A stretch of 64,000 bases of DNA from an uncultured Sphaerobacteraceae bacterium (GTDB taxonomy: Bacteria; Chloroflexota; Chloroflexia; Thermomicrobiales; UBA6265), in contig CAZSUN010000005.1 of assembly GCA_964610045.1 (NCBI GenBank), forward strand, positions 15,787 to 79,786, read 5' to 3'. A program made the translations under genes and the position numbers. The notes under the pieces are model-generated. The model saw nothing but the letters and a program-made list of their open reading frames with translations. It was not told where the DNA came from and did not search any database. Below, piece after piece: positions 17,731-27,266 of the stretch. Numbering within the stretch: the first letter of the stretch is position 1; the number at the start of each line of letters is the position of its first letter.

Positions 17731-17906
17731 GCCGACCTCCTGTTCGCCTTGATTGCCTGGCGGCCTGTTGTGCCCACTCTTGTCACCGCGGGATCGAAGG
17801 GTCGTGACTGCCAGGGAGGCGAGGATCCGACCGATGCGCGATCATGTTGGGGGACGTGGCATCGCACGGTGTTCCGGAAGCTGGTCAGCTGTAACGTCGC
17901 AGCGCG

Positions 17907-19604
17907 TTGTTCTCTCGACAAACCAAAGGACTCTATGTGTTCAAAGATGGCGTCTCTGTTGAGTCGGTGTCACACGATGCGTTCGGCCAGATCGAACGCG
18001 TCACGGAAGTGATGATCCAGCAGAGTGTGGCGACCGGGGTTGCGATCGCGATAGGTGACCGGATTGGCGGGATCGACGTTCGCTCGGTCGGGATGGCCGA
18101 CGTGGAGGCGGGATTGCCGGTCACCCTCGGGACCGCGTTCGAGTTCGGCTCGATCGGAAAGTCGTTCACTGCCTGCATCTGGATGCAACTGGCGGCCGAG
18201 GGTCTCGTCGATCTCCATGCCCCGTTCACCGACTATCTGCCGTGGTTCCAGGTACAATCCGCGTTTCGCCCGATCACCGTCCACGACCTGCTCACTCACA
18301 CCGCCGGTATCGTGGGGGGCACCGACCAGGGCATCGATGGCAGGTACGAGGTCTGGTGCCTGAGACAGACGTCCACCTTCGCCGCAGCCGGTCAACACTT
18401 CGTGTATTCCAACGCCGGGTACAAGGCCCTGGGACTGGCGTTGGCGACGATCCTCGGCAGACCGTACGGGGACATCGTGCGGGAACGGATTTTCGAGCCA
18501 CTCGGGATGTCTCAATCGTTCGAGGCGGTGACATCGGCCATACGGCCGTACCTGGCAGCCGGCTATGCGCCCCGGTACGACGACCGGCCCTGGCAACCTG
18601 AACATGGGCGGGTTCGCGCCACCTGGCTGGAAACCGACACGGGTGACGGCTGTCTTTCGGCAACCGCAACCGAGCTGACTTGCTACGCGCAGATGCTGCT
18701 GGCCGCGGCCCAGGGTGAATCGACGCCCGTGCTCGATGCCGCGCAGCTGGCGACCATGCTCGACCCGCACGACGGTGAGTCGCCGGTTCCCGGATATGGC
18801 TACGGGTTGGAACGCATCGATAATCCGTTCGATGCGCACTGGTTCGGCCACTCGGGCGGGATGGTTGGCTATACCTCGCACATGATTGTGGACGCCACCA
18901 ACGGTCTGACCGCGGTTGTACTCGCCAATGGAAGTTTCGATCCGGGTGAGCTGGCACGCTACGCGCTTGGCACGGTCGTCGCGTCCAGGACGGGCGCGAC
19001 ACTTCCCACTCCACCGGATCCGGACGAGCGGAATCGGGTGGACAACGCCCATGACTACACCGGCACCTGGGAATCGGCGACAGGGTCGATCGAGATCGTC
19101 GCCGGGAATGATGGCATCTCACTTCTCGCTGATGGAGGGTCGTTCGCACTGTGCCGGCATCGTCTTCCTGACGCCTTCCTGGTGGCTGATCCAGCATGGG
19201 ATCTTTACCCGGTGGAGTTCGTGCGGGAGTTTGGTTCTCTGGCTGCGCCCAGCGCCATCCAGCCTGTCGTCAAAATGCACCACGGTGAACGGACCTGGAC
19301 CAGACCGGGTGCAGAGACGACGGCGACGGAAATCTCCCCGTTGCTGGCTGCCTGCACCGGTCACTACCGGTCGTACAACCCGTGGTCATCGAACTTCCGC
19401 GTCGTGATGCGGGACGGACGGTTGACCCTGCTGACGGCCCACGGCCACGCATGCGAGCTGGTGCCCGATGGCACGGGATACCGCTACGGACACGCCGGCG
19501 ATCCGCCAACTGACTGGTTGGAATTCGATGCGATTGTCGACGGCAAGGCGCTCATGGCCCGCTCTGCGGAAGGAGAGGTGTTCGCCCGGTTTTTCACCCC
19601 GTAG
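17907..19604 (+). CDS. Serine hydrolase, class C beta-lactamase/DD-peptidase-like, with C-terminal extension
   Basis: SxxK motif in FEFGSIGKSFTA, YSNAGY motif, HSGG. No obvious signal peptide. Start uncertain (TTG 17907 or GTG about 17937). Confidence 0.8.
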   Translation: MFSRQTKGLYVFKDGVSVESVSHDAFGQIERVTEVMIQQSVATGVAIAIGDRIGGIDVRSVGMADVEAGLPVTLGTAFEFGSIGKSFTACIWMQLAAEGLVDLHAPFTDYLPWFQVQSAFRPITVHDLLTHTAGIVGGTDQGIDGRYEVWCLRQTSTFAAAGQHFVYSNAGYKALGLALATILGRPYGDIVRERIFEPLGMSQSFEAVTSAIRPYLAAGYAPRYDDRPWQPEHGRVRATWLETDTGDGCLSATATELTCYAQMLLAAAQGESTPVLDAAQLATMLDPHDGESPVPGYGYGLERIDNPFDAHWFGHSGGMVGYTSHMIVDATNGLTAVVLANGSFDPGELARYALGTVVASRTGATLPTPPDPDERNRVDNAHDYTGTWESATGSIEIVAGNDGISLLADGGSFALCRHRLPDAFLVADPAWDLYPVEFVREFGSLAAPSAIQPVVKMHHGERTWTRPGAETTATEISPLLAACTGHYRSYNPWSSNFRVVMRDGRLTLLTAHGHACELVPDGTGYRYGHAGDPPTDWLEFDAIVDGKALMARSAEGEVFARFFTP

Positions 19605-19616
19605 TGTCAAGAACGA

Positions 19617-19666
19617 TACACCGGACTCTTCTTGTCCGGGTGTCGTGCGCAACACGCAATTGTTGC
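19617..19666. terminator. Two adjacent GC-rich hairpins between convergent genes
   Basis: ACACCGGAC-tcttctt-GTCCGGGTGT (19617-19642) and CGCAACA-cgcaat-TGTTGCG (19647-19666). U-tracts are weak on both strands. Confidence 0.4.
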
Positions 19667-19895
19667 GTTCAGGCGATGGGCTTTGCCTGGGTGGTGAGAA
19701 CGGCCTGCATTTGCTGCATTTCCTCCCGGAGGTGGCGAGATCGTAACGGGTTGGAGGCGGGTTGCCGCACCCAGGAGAACGCAGGGAAGGCGTGAAGGTG
19801 CGCCAAGGGACACGAGGAAAGAGAAAATAGGAAACAGAATATAGGAATGACGAGGTCGTGGGCTGTGCCTTGCAGTGAGCTGTCGTGATGAGGGA

Positions 19896-20864
19896 TCAGC
19901 CGGAGTTGGTGTCGATGGCGCCGAGCAGTACTGCCGCTGCCTCGTGAGGGGTGATCCTGCGATGAGCGATGGCTTCCACCAGATCGGCGAAGCGGTCGCC
20001 TCTCGTCTGGATGGAGAGGCTCACCATCAGGTCGTGCCGGACGCGATCGGCGAGTTGGGTGGCCGCGATCCGGCGAAGGCGCAGCTCCAGTTCACCGGAG
20101 GCGGTGAGCCAGGTGCGGTGCCGGCCGATGGCGTCGACGAGTTCCTCGATGCCCTCGCCGGTAACGATGCTCGTCTTGATTACTGGAGGCTCCCAGCCGC
20201 CTCCGGCCACCGGTTCCACCGCAAGCGTGCGCAGTCGGCGCAGGTCGCGGGCGAGGTCGTTGGCTTCCGGCCGGTCTGCCTTCGTCACCACAATCAGGTC
20301 GCCGATCTCGAGTGATCCGGCCTTCAGGGTCTGGATGCCGTCGCCGAGACCCGGTACCTGCACCAGCACGGTGGTGTGGGCAAGCTGGGCGATGGCGACC
20401 TCGTCCTGCCCCGTGCCAACGGTTTCGATGAAGATCGGGTTGTAGCCGGCAGCATCGAACACGGTTGCCGCAGCGAGTGTGTTCTGCGCGAGACCGCCGC
20501 CGTAGCGACGCGATGCCATGCTCCGGATGAAGACGCCCGGATCGTCGTGCCATTCGAGCATCCGGATCCGGTCGCCCAGGGCTGCGCCGCCAGTCAGCGG
20601 GCTGGACGGGTCGATCGCCAGCACGGCAACGCTGTCGCCACGAGCACGGCAGGCGCGTATCAACTCGTTGACGAGCGACGACTTGCCGCCGCCCGGCGGA
20701 CCGGTGATGCCGACGAGGTGCGCCTTGCCCGACAGCGGCAGGAGCTTCTCCAGACCGGCGCGGCCAACATCATCGTCGTTCTCCACCCGCGTGAGCAGGC
20801 GAGCGAGCGCACCGATGTCACCTTCGAGGATGCGGGAGACGAGACCGGGGGATGGAGGCGGCAT
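19896..20864 (-). CDS. meaB: Methylmalonyl-CoA mutase-associated GTPase MeaB/ArgK
   Basis: P-loop GITGPPGGGKSS, ETVGTGQ and VVTKAD motifs. Confidence 0.9.
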   Translation of the reverse strand: MPPPSPGLVSRILEGDIGALARLLTRVENDDDVGRAGLEKLLPLSGKAHLVGITGPPGGGKSSLVNELIRACRARGDSVAVLAIDPSSPLTGGAALGDRIRMLEWHDDPGVFIRSMASRRYGGGLAQNTLAAATVFDAAGYNPIFIETVGTGQDEVAIAQLAHTTVLVQVPGLGDGIQTLKAGSLEIGDLIVVTKADRPEANDLARDLRRLRTLAVEPVAGGGWEPPVIKTSIVTGEGIEELVDAIGRHRTWLTASGELELRLRRIAATQLADRVRHDLMVSLSIQTRGDRFADLVEAIAHRRITPHEAAAVLLGAIDTNSG

Positions 20865-20867
20865 CGA

Positions 20868-21308
20868 TCAGGCGGTGTCGACGCGGACGGGCGCGTTGGC
20901 CTGGACGAAGGCGATGATGTCGTGCAGGTTGGTGCCGGGACCAAACACGGCGGCGACGCCGAGATCGCGCACCAGCGGGATGTCGTCTTCGGGGATCGTG
21001 CCTCCGGCCACCACAAGCACATCGTCGCGTCCTACCCGTCGCAGTTCGTCCATGATCGCCGGGAACAGCGTCATATGGGCCCCGGAGAGGATGCTGAGAC
21101 CAACGACATCGACATCTTCCTGCACGGCGGCATTTGCGATCATCTGTGGCGTCTGGAAGAGCCCGGTATAGATCACTTCCATCCCGGCATCGCGAAACGC
21201 CCGGACCAATACCTTGGCGCCGCGATCGTGACCATCGAGACCTGGCTTGGCGACGAGGATGCGAATCGGCCGATCTGCCATGTGAGATTCGATCATGGCG
21301 TTATGCAC
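20868..21308 (-). CDS. Acyl-CoA mutase small subunit (cobalamin-binding domain)
   Basis: [17 protein letters not shown] (DxHxxG B12-binding) and GLSILSGAH motifs. Confidence 0.88.
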   Translation of the reverse strand: MHNAMIESHMADRPIRILVAKPGLDGHDRGAKVLVRAFRDAGMEVIYTGLFQTPQMIANAAVQEDVDVVGLSILSGAHMTLFPAIMDELRRVGRDDVLVVAGGTIPEDDIPLVRDLGVAAVFGPGTNLHDIIAFVQANAPVRVDTA

Positions 21309-22173
21309 TTTCCGTGTAGTGGTGGAATCCCTGGCCCGACTTCCGGCCGAGCAGGCCGGCCGCGACCATTCGCCTCAGCAATGGGGCCGGCCGGTACTTG
21401 TCGTCACCGAGATCGTGGTGCAGGACTTCCATGATGTGGAGACAAACGTCGAGACCGATCAGGTCGGCCAGCGCCAATGGTCCCATCGGGTGGGCCGCGC
21501 CGAGTTTCATGGCGGCATCGATATCGCCAGCGGTGGCAACACCCTCGTCCAGGAGAACAATCGCCTCGTTTACCATCGGCACCAGGATACGGTTCGTGAC
21601 AAAGCCCGGGGTGTCCCGCGCATCGATCGGTGTCTTGCCCATGCGGACGGCGACAGACCTGATCGTCTCGACTGTTGCATCCGAGGACTGGATGGCGCGA
21701 ACGACCTCGACGAGCGCCAGCACAGGGACCGGATTGAAGAAGTGCATGCCGGCGACGCGGCCCGGTTCCGGGACGGCGGCGGCAATGGCCGAAATCGATA
21801 TCGACGATGTATTGCTGGCGATCAGGGTGTCCGGCGTGACTTCGTTCGCGATCTGGCGAAACACCTCCCGCTTCGTTTCGAGCGATTCGGTGACCGCTTC
21901 GATCACGAGGGCGCATCCGGCGACATGCGCGAATGATGTCGATCCCTCGACGCGGGAAAGGATGGCATCTCGCTCGGGACGGTCGACCCGACCCTTGTCA
22001 ACCTGCCGGTCGAGGTTCGCCGCAATCGTTGCCAGCCCGCGATCGAGCCACGGTTCCGCCTGGTCGACGAGCCTCACATCGAATCCCGATTGAGCCGCGA
22101 CCTGGGCGATCCCAGCGCCCATAGTGCCCGCGCCAATCACACCGATTGTCGAAATCCGGTCAGTCACGGCCAA
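21301..22173 (-). CDS. hbd: 3-hydroxybutyryl-CoA dehydrogenase
   Basis: Rossmann motif [20 protein letters not shown] and HFFNP motifs. Confidence 0.9.
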   Translation of the reverse strand: MAVTDRISTIGVIGAGTMGAGIAQVAAQSGFDVRLVDQAEPWLDRGLATIAANLDRQVDKGRVDRPERDAILSRVEGSTSFAHVAGCALVIEAVTESLETKREVFRQIANEVTPDTLIASNTSSISISAIAAAVPEPGRVAGMHFFNPVPVLALVEVVRAIQSSDATVETIRSVAVRMGKTPIDARDTPGFVTNRILVPMVNEAIVLLDEGVATAGDIDAAMKLGAAHPMGPLALADLIGLDVCLHIMEVLHHDLGDDKYRPAPLLRRMVAAGLLGRKSGQGFHHYTESA

Positions 22174-22259
22174 TCACACCGCCTGGAAGGGCTGAACGAA
22201 GTCAGCAGTATACGTGGGACAGCCACCTGGTCGACATCCACTCCCATCCGATGACTCCA

Positions 22260-23492
22260 TCACCGCCGGTGGAAGGCGAGACGTCGATGGTGGAGACGGA
22301 TGCTCTGGAGAATGCCGACCATGATCAGGCTGGACCAGAGGGATGAGATTCCGGCACTGACGAACGGGAGGTTGATTCCGGCTACCGGCATCACGCCGAG
22401 GTTCATGCCAATGTTCAGGAACGCCTGGAAGAAGAACGTGCCGACGATACAGACGGCCAGGCATTGGCCAAAGTGATCGCGCGAAATCTCGGCAACGAGC
22501 AGACCGCGCCAGAGGAAGATCATCAGGGCGAGGAAAAGAGCGATCATCCCGAGAAAACCGAACATGCCGCTGGCGTGCGCGAAGATGAAGTCCGATTCCC
22601 GCACGTTGAGGAGGTTCATCTGGCTTTGGGTGCCACCCTGGAGCCCGGCGCCAAACATTCCGCCGGCGCCGATGCTGATCCGGCCCTGGATCGGTTGGTA
22701 CCCGCAGGTCAGGGCATATTCTTCGGGGCGGAATGAGCAGATCAGGCGCTCTTTCTGGTAGCCAACGAGCACGAACTGCCAGGCAAACCAGATCGCGATC
22801 GGCAACATGAGGATCGTGGTGACGAGATAGAGCGGGCGCGTGCGGGCCACGAGCAGCGAGGCTCCCCAGAACGCGACATAAACCATTGCCTGGCCAAGAT
22901 CGGGACCGAGCAGGACGATGAAGGTGGGGAAGGCGACGATCATGCCCGCGATGATGAAGTTGCCAAATTCCTTCATGGCATCGCCACGCGAGGAGATGAA
23001 GGCGCACAGGGCGATGATGGTCGTGACCTTGGTGAATTCCGATGGCTGGAGTGTGGTGAATCCGAGGTTGATCCAATTGCGGGCGCCAGTGCCTTCGATC
23101 GCAACGCCGAGCGGACTGAGCACGGCCAACAGGCCGAGAATCCCGAGCGAGTAGAGCACCCAGGCCGCGGATTCGAAATACCGATAGTCGATCGAGGCGA
23201 CGATGAACATCACCAGGAGCCCAATCGCTCCATAGAGCAGCTGGCGGCTCCCGAGATTGTCCGAAAGGATGCTCGGCAATCCAACCGCGCTCCAGACCGT
23301 GACCGTGCCGAAGGCCATCAGCACGAGCATGGTCGCAAGCAGCATGAAGTCAAGGTCGCGCCACCGTTCGTTGGTGGCTGCCTGGACGTGGTAGCTGGAG
23401 CGGTGGTTTCGGGCCAGAAGCATGAGTGGTCTCGCGGAGATGGGCGCTGCCGGGGGTGCAATCCCCCGGTCGCGGGAGATGCAAACCACCAT
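22260..23492 (-). CDS. rodA: FtsW/RodA/SpoVE family (SEDS) peptidoglycan polymerase
   Basis: Polytopic membrane protein with LQPSEFTK and PFVSAGISS-type SEDS motifs. Confidence 0.88.
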   Translation of the reverse strand: MVVCISRDRGIAPPAAPISARPLMLLARNHRSSYHVQAATNERWRDLDFMLLATMLVLMAFGTVTVWSAVGLPSILSDNLGSRQLLYGAIGLLVMFIVASIDYRYFESAAWVLYSLGILGLLAVLSPLGVAIEGTGARNWINLGFTTLQPSEFTKVTTIIALCAFISSRGDAMKEFGNFIIAGMIVAFPTFIVLLGPDLGQAMVYVAFWGASLLVARTRPLYLVTTILMLPIAIWFAWQFVLVGYQKERLICSFRPEEYALTCGYQPIQGRISIGAGGMFGAGLQGGTQSQMNLLNVRESDFIFAHASGMFGFLGMIALFLALMIFLWRGLLVAEISRDHFGQCLAVCIVGTFFFQAFLNIGMNLGVMPVAGINLPFVSAGISSLWSSLIMVGILQSIRLHHRRLAFHRR

Positions 23493-23604
23493 CTTGTCAC
23501 CAACGGCACGCGAGCTTCAAGGACGGCGCCGGGATCGGACATATGCCATTACAATAAATGGTGAGCGGTGTGACTGGCAGATTTCGCGAAGAAAGGAGCG
23601 AGTG

Positions 23605-24180
23605 GTGTTCCCGATCAACGATGCCCTGGACGCCATCCTGCTCGGATCGTTCCTGTTTGGCATCCTGTTTACGGTTGGTGCGTTCCTGCTCGGCGCGGCG
23701 GACATCGGCGGTGGCGATCATTCCGCAGGTGATCACGGCGCAGACCATATGTTCAATGTGACGTCGATCCTGGCGTTCATCACCTGGTTCGGGGGCGTTG
23801 GCTATGTGGTTCGCAACGGCACGGGGTGGAACTGGGCGATCGCGCTGGTTATCGCGCTGGCCGCCGGTTTCGCCGCAGCCTGGATCGTCAAGGAATTCAT
23901 CTTCAAGGTGCTTCGTGCCGGTGAAGACACGCTCAATCCCAGGGATTACGAGCGCGTCGGCACACTCGCACGGGTCACCTCCACAATCCGGCCGGGCGGC
24001 GTGGGCGAGATCGTCTGGGAGCATCGTGGCACCAGGATGGTTGGATCCGCGCGATCGACCACCGATGCCGTGATTTCCCGCGGGACGGAAGTCCTCATCC
24101 TCAAGGTCGAGCGCGGGGTCGCCATCGTCGAGCCGTTCGACGGATTGCTCACGGGCGAGGTACGGGCCTCGGAGTCATGA
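23605..24180 (+). CDS. NfeD-like membrane protein
   Basis: AAAGGAG SD (23592-23598) then a GTG start. TM helices plus a C-terminal OB-like segment GTLARVTSTIRPGGVGEIVWEHRGTRM...VLILKVERGVAIVEP. Immediately upstream of flotillin. Confidence 0.7.
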   Translation: MFPINDALDAILLGSFLFGILFTVGAFLLGAADIGGGDHSAGDHGADHMFNVTSILAFITWFGGVGYVVRNGTGWNWAIALVIALAAGFAAAWIVKEFIFKVLRAGEDTLNPRDYERVGTLARVTSTIRPGGVGEIVWEHRGTRMVGSARSTTDAVISRGTEVLILKVERGVAIVEPFDGLLTGEVRASES

Positions 24181-24273
24181 CCCTCACCGGGGAACCGGGA
24201 CCACCACCTTCTACGTTTCTCCCCTGAGGCGGTACACACCGGGCAGCGCGGCCCGTTAGCGAAAGGCATTCTC

Positions 24274-25881
24274 GTGGAATTCGGCTCCGTTCTCATCATT
24301 GTGGTCGTGCTGGTGCTCGGTCTTCTGCTAATCCTCGCGATGGCCGCGAGGCTCTACAAGAAGGTCGGACCAAACCAGGCACTGGTTGTCTATGGTTTCG
24401 GCGGCACCAAAGTGGTGAAAGGGAGCGGCAAGGTCATTTGGCCGATGATCCAGTCGAGCCGCGAACTCTCGCTCGAGTTGATGAGCTTCGATGTGGCTCC
24501 CACCCAGGACCTGTACACCAGCCAGGGCGTGGCGGTGAATGTGGAAGCAGTGGCCCAGATCAAGGTCCAGTCGGACCCGGTCAGCATCCTGACGGCGGCC
24601 GAGCAGTTCCTGAACAAGACCCCGGTCGAGCGCGAAGGACTGATCCGGCTGGTGATGGAAGGCCACCTGCGCGGCATCGTCGGCCAGCTGACAGTCGAAT
24701 CGATCGTCAAGGAACCGGAGATGGTTGCGGACAGGATGCGGGCCAACGTTGCCGAAGACGTCTCCAAGATGGGGCTGGAGGTCATTTCATTCACCATCCG
24801 CGAAGTGCGCGACAGCAACGAATACATCATGAACATGGGCAAGCCTGATGTGGCATCGGTCCGGCGAACGGCCGATATTGCGATGGCGGAAGCCGAGCGA
24901 GACATCGCCATCCGGCGGGCGCAGGCGATGCGGGAAGCCCGGATCGCGGAAGCGGCAGCGGAACAGGAGCGGGTCTCGGCCGAATCGCTGAGCCAGACGA
25001 AACAGGCCGAAGCGCTGCGCGACCTCGCCCTCAAGAAGGCCGAGTACGATCGGTCGGTGCAGGAGCAGCGTGCGCAGGCTGACAAGGCCTACGAGATCCA
25101 GGCGAACGTGCAGCAGCAGCGCATCGTCGAAGAGCAGGTGCGGGTCGAACGGGTGCGCAAGGAAGGCGAGATCGCGGTCCAGGAAGCGGAGATCCTGCGA
25201 CGCGAGAAGGAGTTGATCGCGACCGTCCTGCGTGCTGCGGAGGTCGAGAAGCAGCGCATCGAAACACTTGCCGCGGCAGACAAGCAGCGCGAAATCCTGA
25301 AGGCCTCGGCGCAGGCAGAAGCCCGCAAGTTGCAGGGTGAGGCCGAGGCCGTCGCGCTCCGGGTCCAGGGCAACGCCGAGGCGGAAATCATCCGGGCCAA
25401 GGGCGAGGCCGAAGCCAACGCATTGCAGGTCAAGGCTGGCGCCTACCAGGAGTTCAACCAGGCGGCGGTGCTCGATCGCTTGCTGGCCGAAATGCCGCAG
25501 GTGGTCCGCGCCCTGGCCGAACCGCTGACCAAGGTGGACAAGATCACGGTTATCTCCACCGGCGCCGATGGCGCCGGGCAGGGCACGGGCGTGAACCGGG
25601 TTGCCACCGATGTGACCTCGATGCTGGCGCAATTCCCGGCGATGCTCGAATCGTTGACCGGAGTGCGGATCGACGACCTGCTGAAGAACGTACCGGAAGC
25701 GACCAACGGGTTCCGCAGTTCCGATCGTTCGACCAGGCAGGACGGCACGCGCCGCGAGGATCCGGTACCCGCACGGAAGCCGCAACCGACGACACCGCCA
25801 ACACCACGCGTTGAAGCGGAACCGGTCACCCCGCCGAACGCGGCCGAACCTGTCGCAAGTGCGAGCGATGCGAAGATCTGA
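24274..25881 (+). CDS. Flotillin family (SPFH/Band 7) protein
   Basis: N-terminal TM, SPFH core, a long Ala/Glu/Arg coiled-coil region, and a Pro-rich C-terminus. Confidence 0.88.
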   Translation: MEFGSVLIIVVVLVLGLLLILAMAARLYKKVGPNQALVVYGFGGTKVVKGSGKVIWPMIQSSRELSLELMSFDVAPTQDLYTSQGVAVNVEAVAQIKVQSDPVSILTAAEQFLNKTPVEREGLIRLVMEGHLRGIVGQLTVESIVKEPEMVADRMRANVAEDVSKMGLEVISFTIREVRDSNEYIMNMGKPDVASVRRTADIAMAEAERDIAIRRAQAMREARIAEAAAEQERVSAESLSQTKQAEALRDLALKKAEYDRSVQEQRAQADKAYEIQANVQQQRIVEEQVRVERVRKEGEIAVQEAEILRREKELIATVLRAAEVEKQRIETLAAADKQREILKASAQAEARKLQGEAEAVALRVQGNAEAEIIRAKGEAEANALQVKAGAYQEFNQAAVLDRLLAEMPQVVRALAEPLTKVDKITVISTGADGAGQGTGVNRVATDVTSMLAQFPAMLESLTGVRIDDLLKNVPEATNGFRSSDRSTRQDGTRREDPVPARKPQPTTPPTPRVEAEPVTPPNAAEPVASASDAKI

Positions 25882-26245
25882 CCTTGGAACCATCAGGGCC
25901 GAACACTGGCTGGTAGGGGAGGGCTTCCGGCGCACGGCGGTACTCATCGGTCGGGTCCTCCCTGCGCCGGAAATGCCCTCCTGTGTTCGCCGTTCCCGTG
26001 GTTTCGGATTCCAATGGCAATTCACGGGAGGGCATACGCGAGCAGCGCACCAGGCATCACGCGAACTTGATTGTGCTCGCCAGCCCTCCCCTACCGGAAT
26101 AGTTGGACCTGTAAGTCTCGCACCGCGGCCGCGCCCATCATCGCAATCTGGGGAACGGTGCTATTCTACGGGTTGCCCCGGGCAAGTCCAACAGGCGCAC
26201 CTCGGCCCGGATTCGATCATGCCATTGTGAGGAATCCTCGCGTTC

Positions 26246-26788
26246 ATGAGTGACCAATCACCATTTCCCAGACAGGGAGGGGATGTCCAGCGCCTGAAGG
26301 CGGAAGCGCTCGGCCAGCCCGGTCAACGCCGATTCCGCATGGTTGTCTCCATCCTGGGTGAGACGTTCATCATCTGGATGGAAAAGCAGCAGATGCAGGC
26401 GCTGGGGATTGCTATCGACCAGGTCCTTCGCCAAATCCAGCAACAAGCGCCTGAACTCGATGGCAGCAGCCTACCCATCGAGTTCGACGAGGAGACCGGA
26501 AACCAGTTCCGGCTGGGCCGGGTCGAACTGGGATTCGAGGAGACCGGAGAGCATATCGTCATCAATGCCTACGACATCCTCGACGAAGAGAGCCGCACCG
26601 GCTTGACGATGCGGATGACGCGCGGCCAGGCGAGAGAACTGGTGCGCGATGCGGCATCCCTGGCAGCGGCCGGCAGGCCGATATGCCCAATGTGCGGGTC
26701 GCCGATGGATCCGGGCGGTCATGTCTGCCCCGAGCAAAACGGACACCTGCCGCTCCTGAACGACGATACCCTGGTGGACAGCGAATAG
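26246..26788 (+). CDS. DUF3090 family protein
   Basis: GQPGQRRFRM..., EKQQMQALG and the C-terminal GRPICPMCGSPMDPGGHVCPEQNGH motif, as remembered for DUF3090/TIGR03847. Confidence 0.8.
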   Translation: MSDQSPFPRQGGDVQRLKAEALGQPGQRRFRMVVSILGETFIIWMEKQQMQALGIAIDQVLRQIQQQAPELDGSSLPIEFDEETGNQFRLGRVELGFEETGEHIVINAYDILDEESRTGLTMRMTRGQARELVRDAASLAAAGRPICPMCGSPMDPGGHVCPEQNGHLPLLNDDTLVDSE

Positions 26789-26817
26789 TCGTTCCATTGT
26801 TGCCTGCGTACGAACGG

Positions 26818-26847
26818 TTGACACGGGATTGTGATCCGCCGTACTAT
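26818..26847 (+). promoter_or_regulatory. Sigma-70-like promoter for the ilv-leu leader
   Basis: TTGACA (26818-26823), 18 nt, TACTAT (26842-26847). Confidence 0.55.
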
Positions 26848-26891
26848 CGACGAAGCGGCAATGTGCCGCCAACAACCACGAAAGTACCGTG

Positions 26892-26993
26892 ATGCGTGCG
26901 TTGATCGTCCTGTCTGGTCTCATTCTCCTCGTACTTATTTCGCTCCCGGTAGTAGGGAGCGTTCGGCGTGCGGGAGGCAATCGGGCCAGTTAG
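26892..26993 (+). CDS. Putative ilv-leu operon leader peptide (33 aa, not in ORF track)
   Basis: Hand translation gives MRALIVLSGLILLVLISLPVVGSVRRAGGNRAS*. 14 of the first 21 residues are Leu/Ile/Val. A terminator hairpin follows and lies upstream of ilvB. The SD is weak (GAAAG). Confidence 0.6.
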   Translation: MRALIVLSGLILLVLISLPVVGSVRRAGGNRAS

Positions 26994-27021
26994 GCGAATC
27001 GAAGACGAATCACCAGCGCGG

Positions 27022-27050
27022 AGGCCTCCCAATCACCGGGAGGCCTTTTT
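27022..27050 (+). terminator. Intrinsic terminator (attenuator) upstream of ilvB
   Basis: GGCCTCCC-aatcacc-GGGAGGCC followed by TTTTT. The upstream GGGAGGC (26972-26978) can compete for the 5' arm. Confidence 0.75.
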
Positions 27051-27266
27051 CGTGCCGATGCTCCTGACCAACGTTGACCAGGAAGCATCCGAAGGTCTCC
27101 ACCGCTTCCAGCGCCGGAAGCAGCGAGCGGGAGTGCCAGATCAACGGTCAGCGTCGACCGGTGAGATGGGCGGAATCCCCGGCCACTGGCAGGTGACCGG
27201 TTCGGATGTTCGGCAGCGGCGGACGTGGTCACCAGCCAACCGGTGACCGGAAGATGGAGCAAATCG

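Noticed and set aside
26831-27067. 78-aa ORF in the ilv leader region (alternative frame to the leader peptide)
   Set aside because: It has an Arg/Cys/Pro-rich non-protein-like translation that reads straight through the terminator hairpin. The BCAA-rich 33-codon frame explains the region better.
27104-27128. SRP-RNA-like CCGGAAGCAGC motif and hairpin GCTTCC/GGAAGC after the attenuator
   Set aside because: It lacks the full conserved domain IV sequence (GGUCAGGUCCGGAAGGAAGCAGC). It is too short and sits within the ilvB 5' leader.
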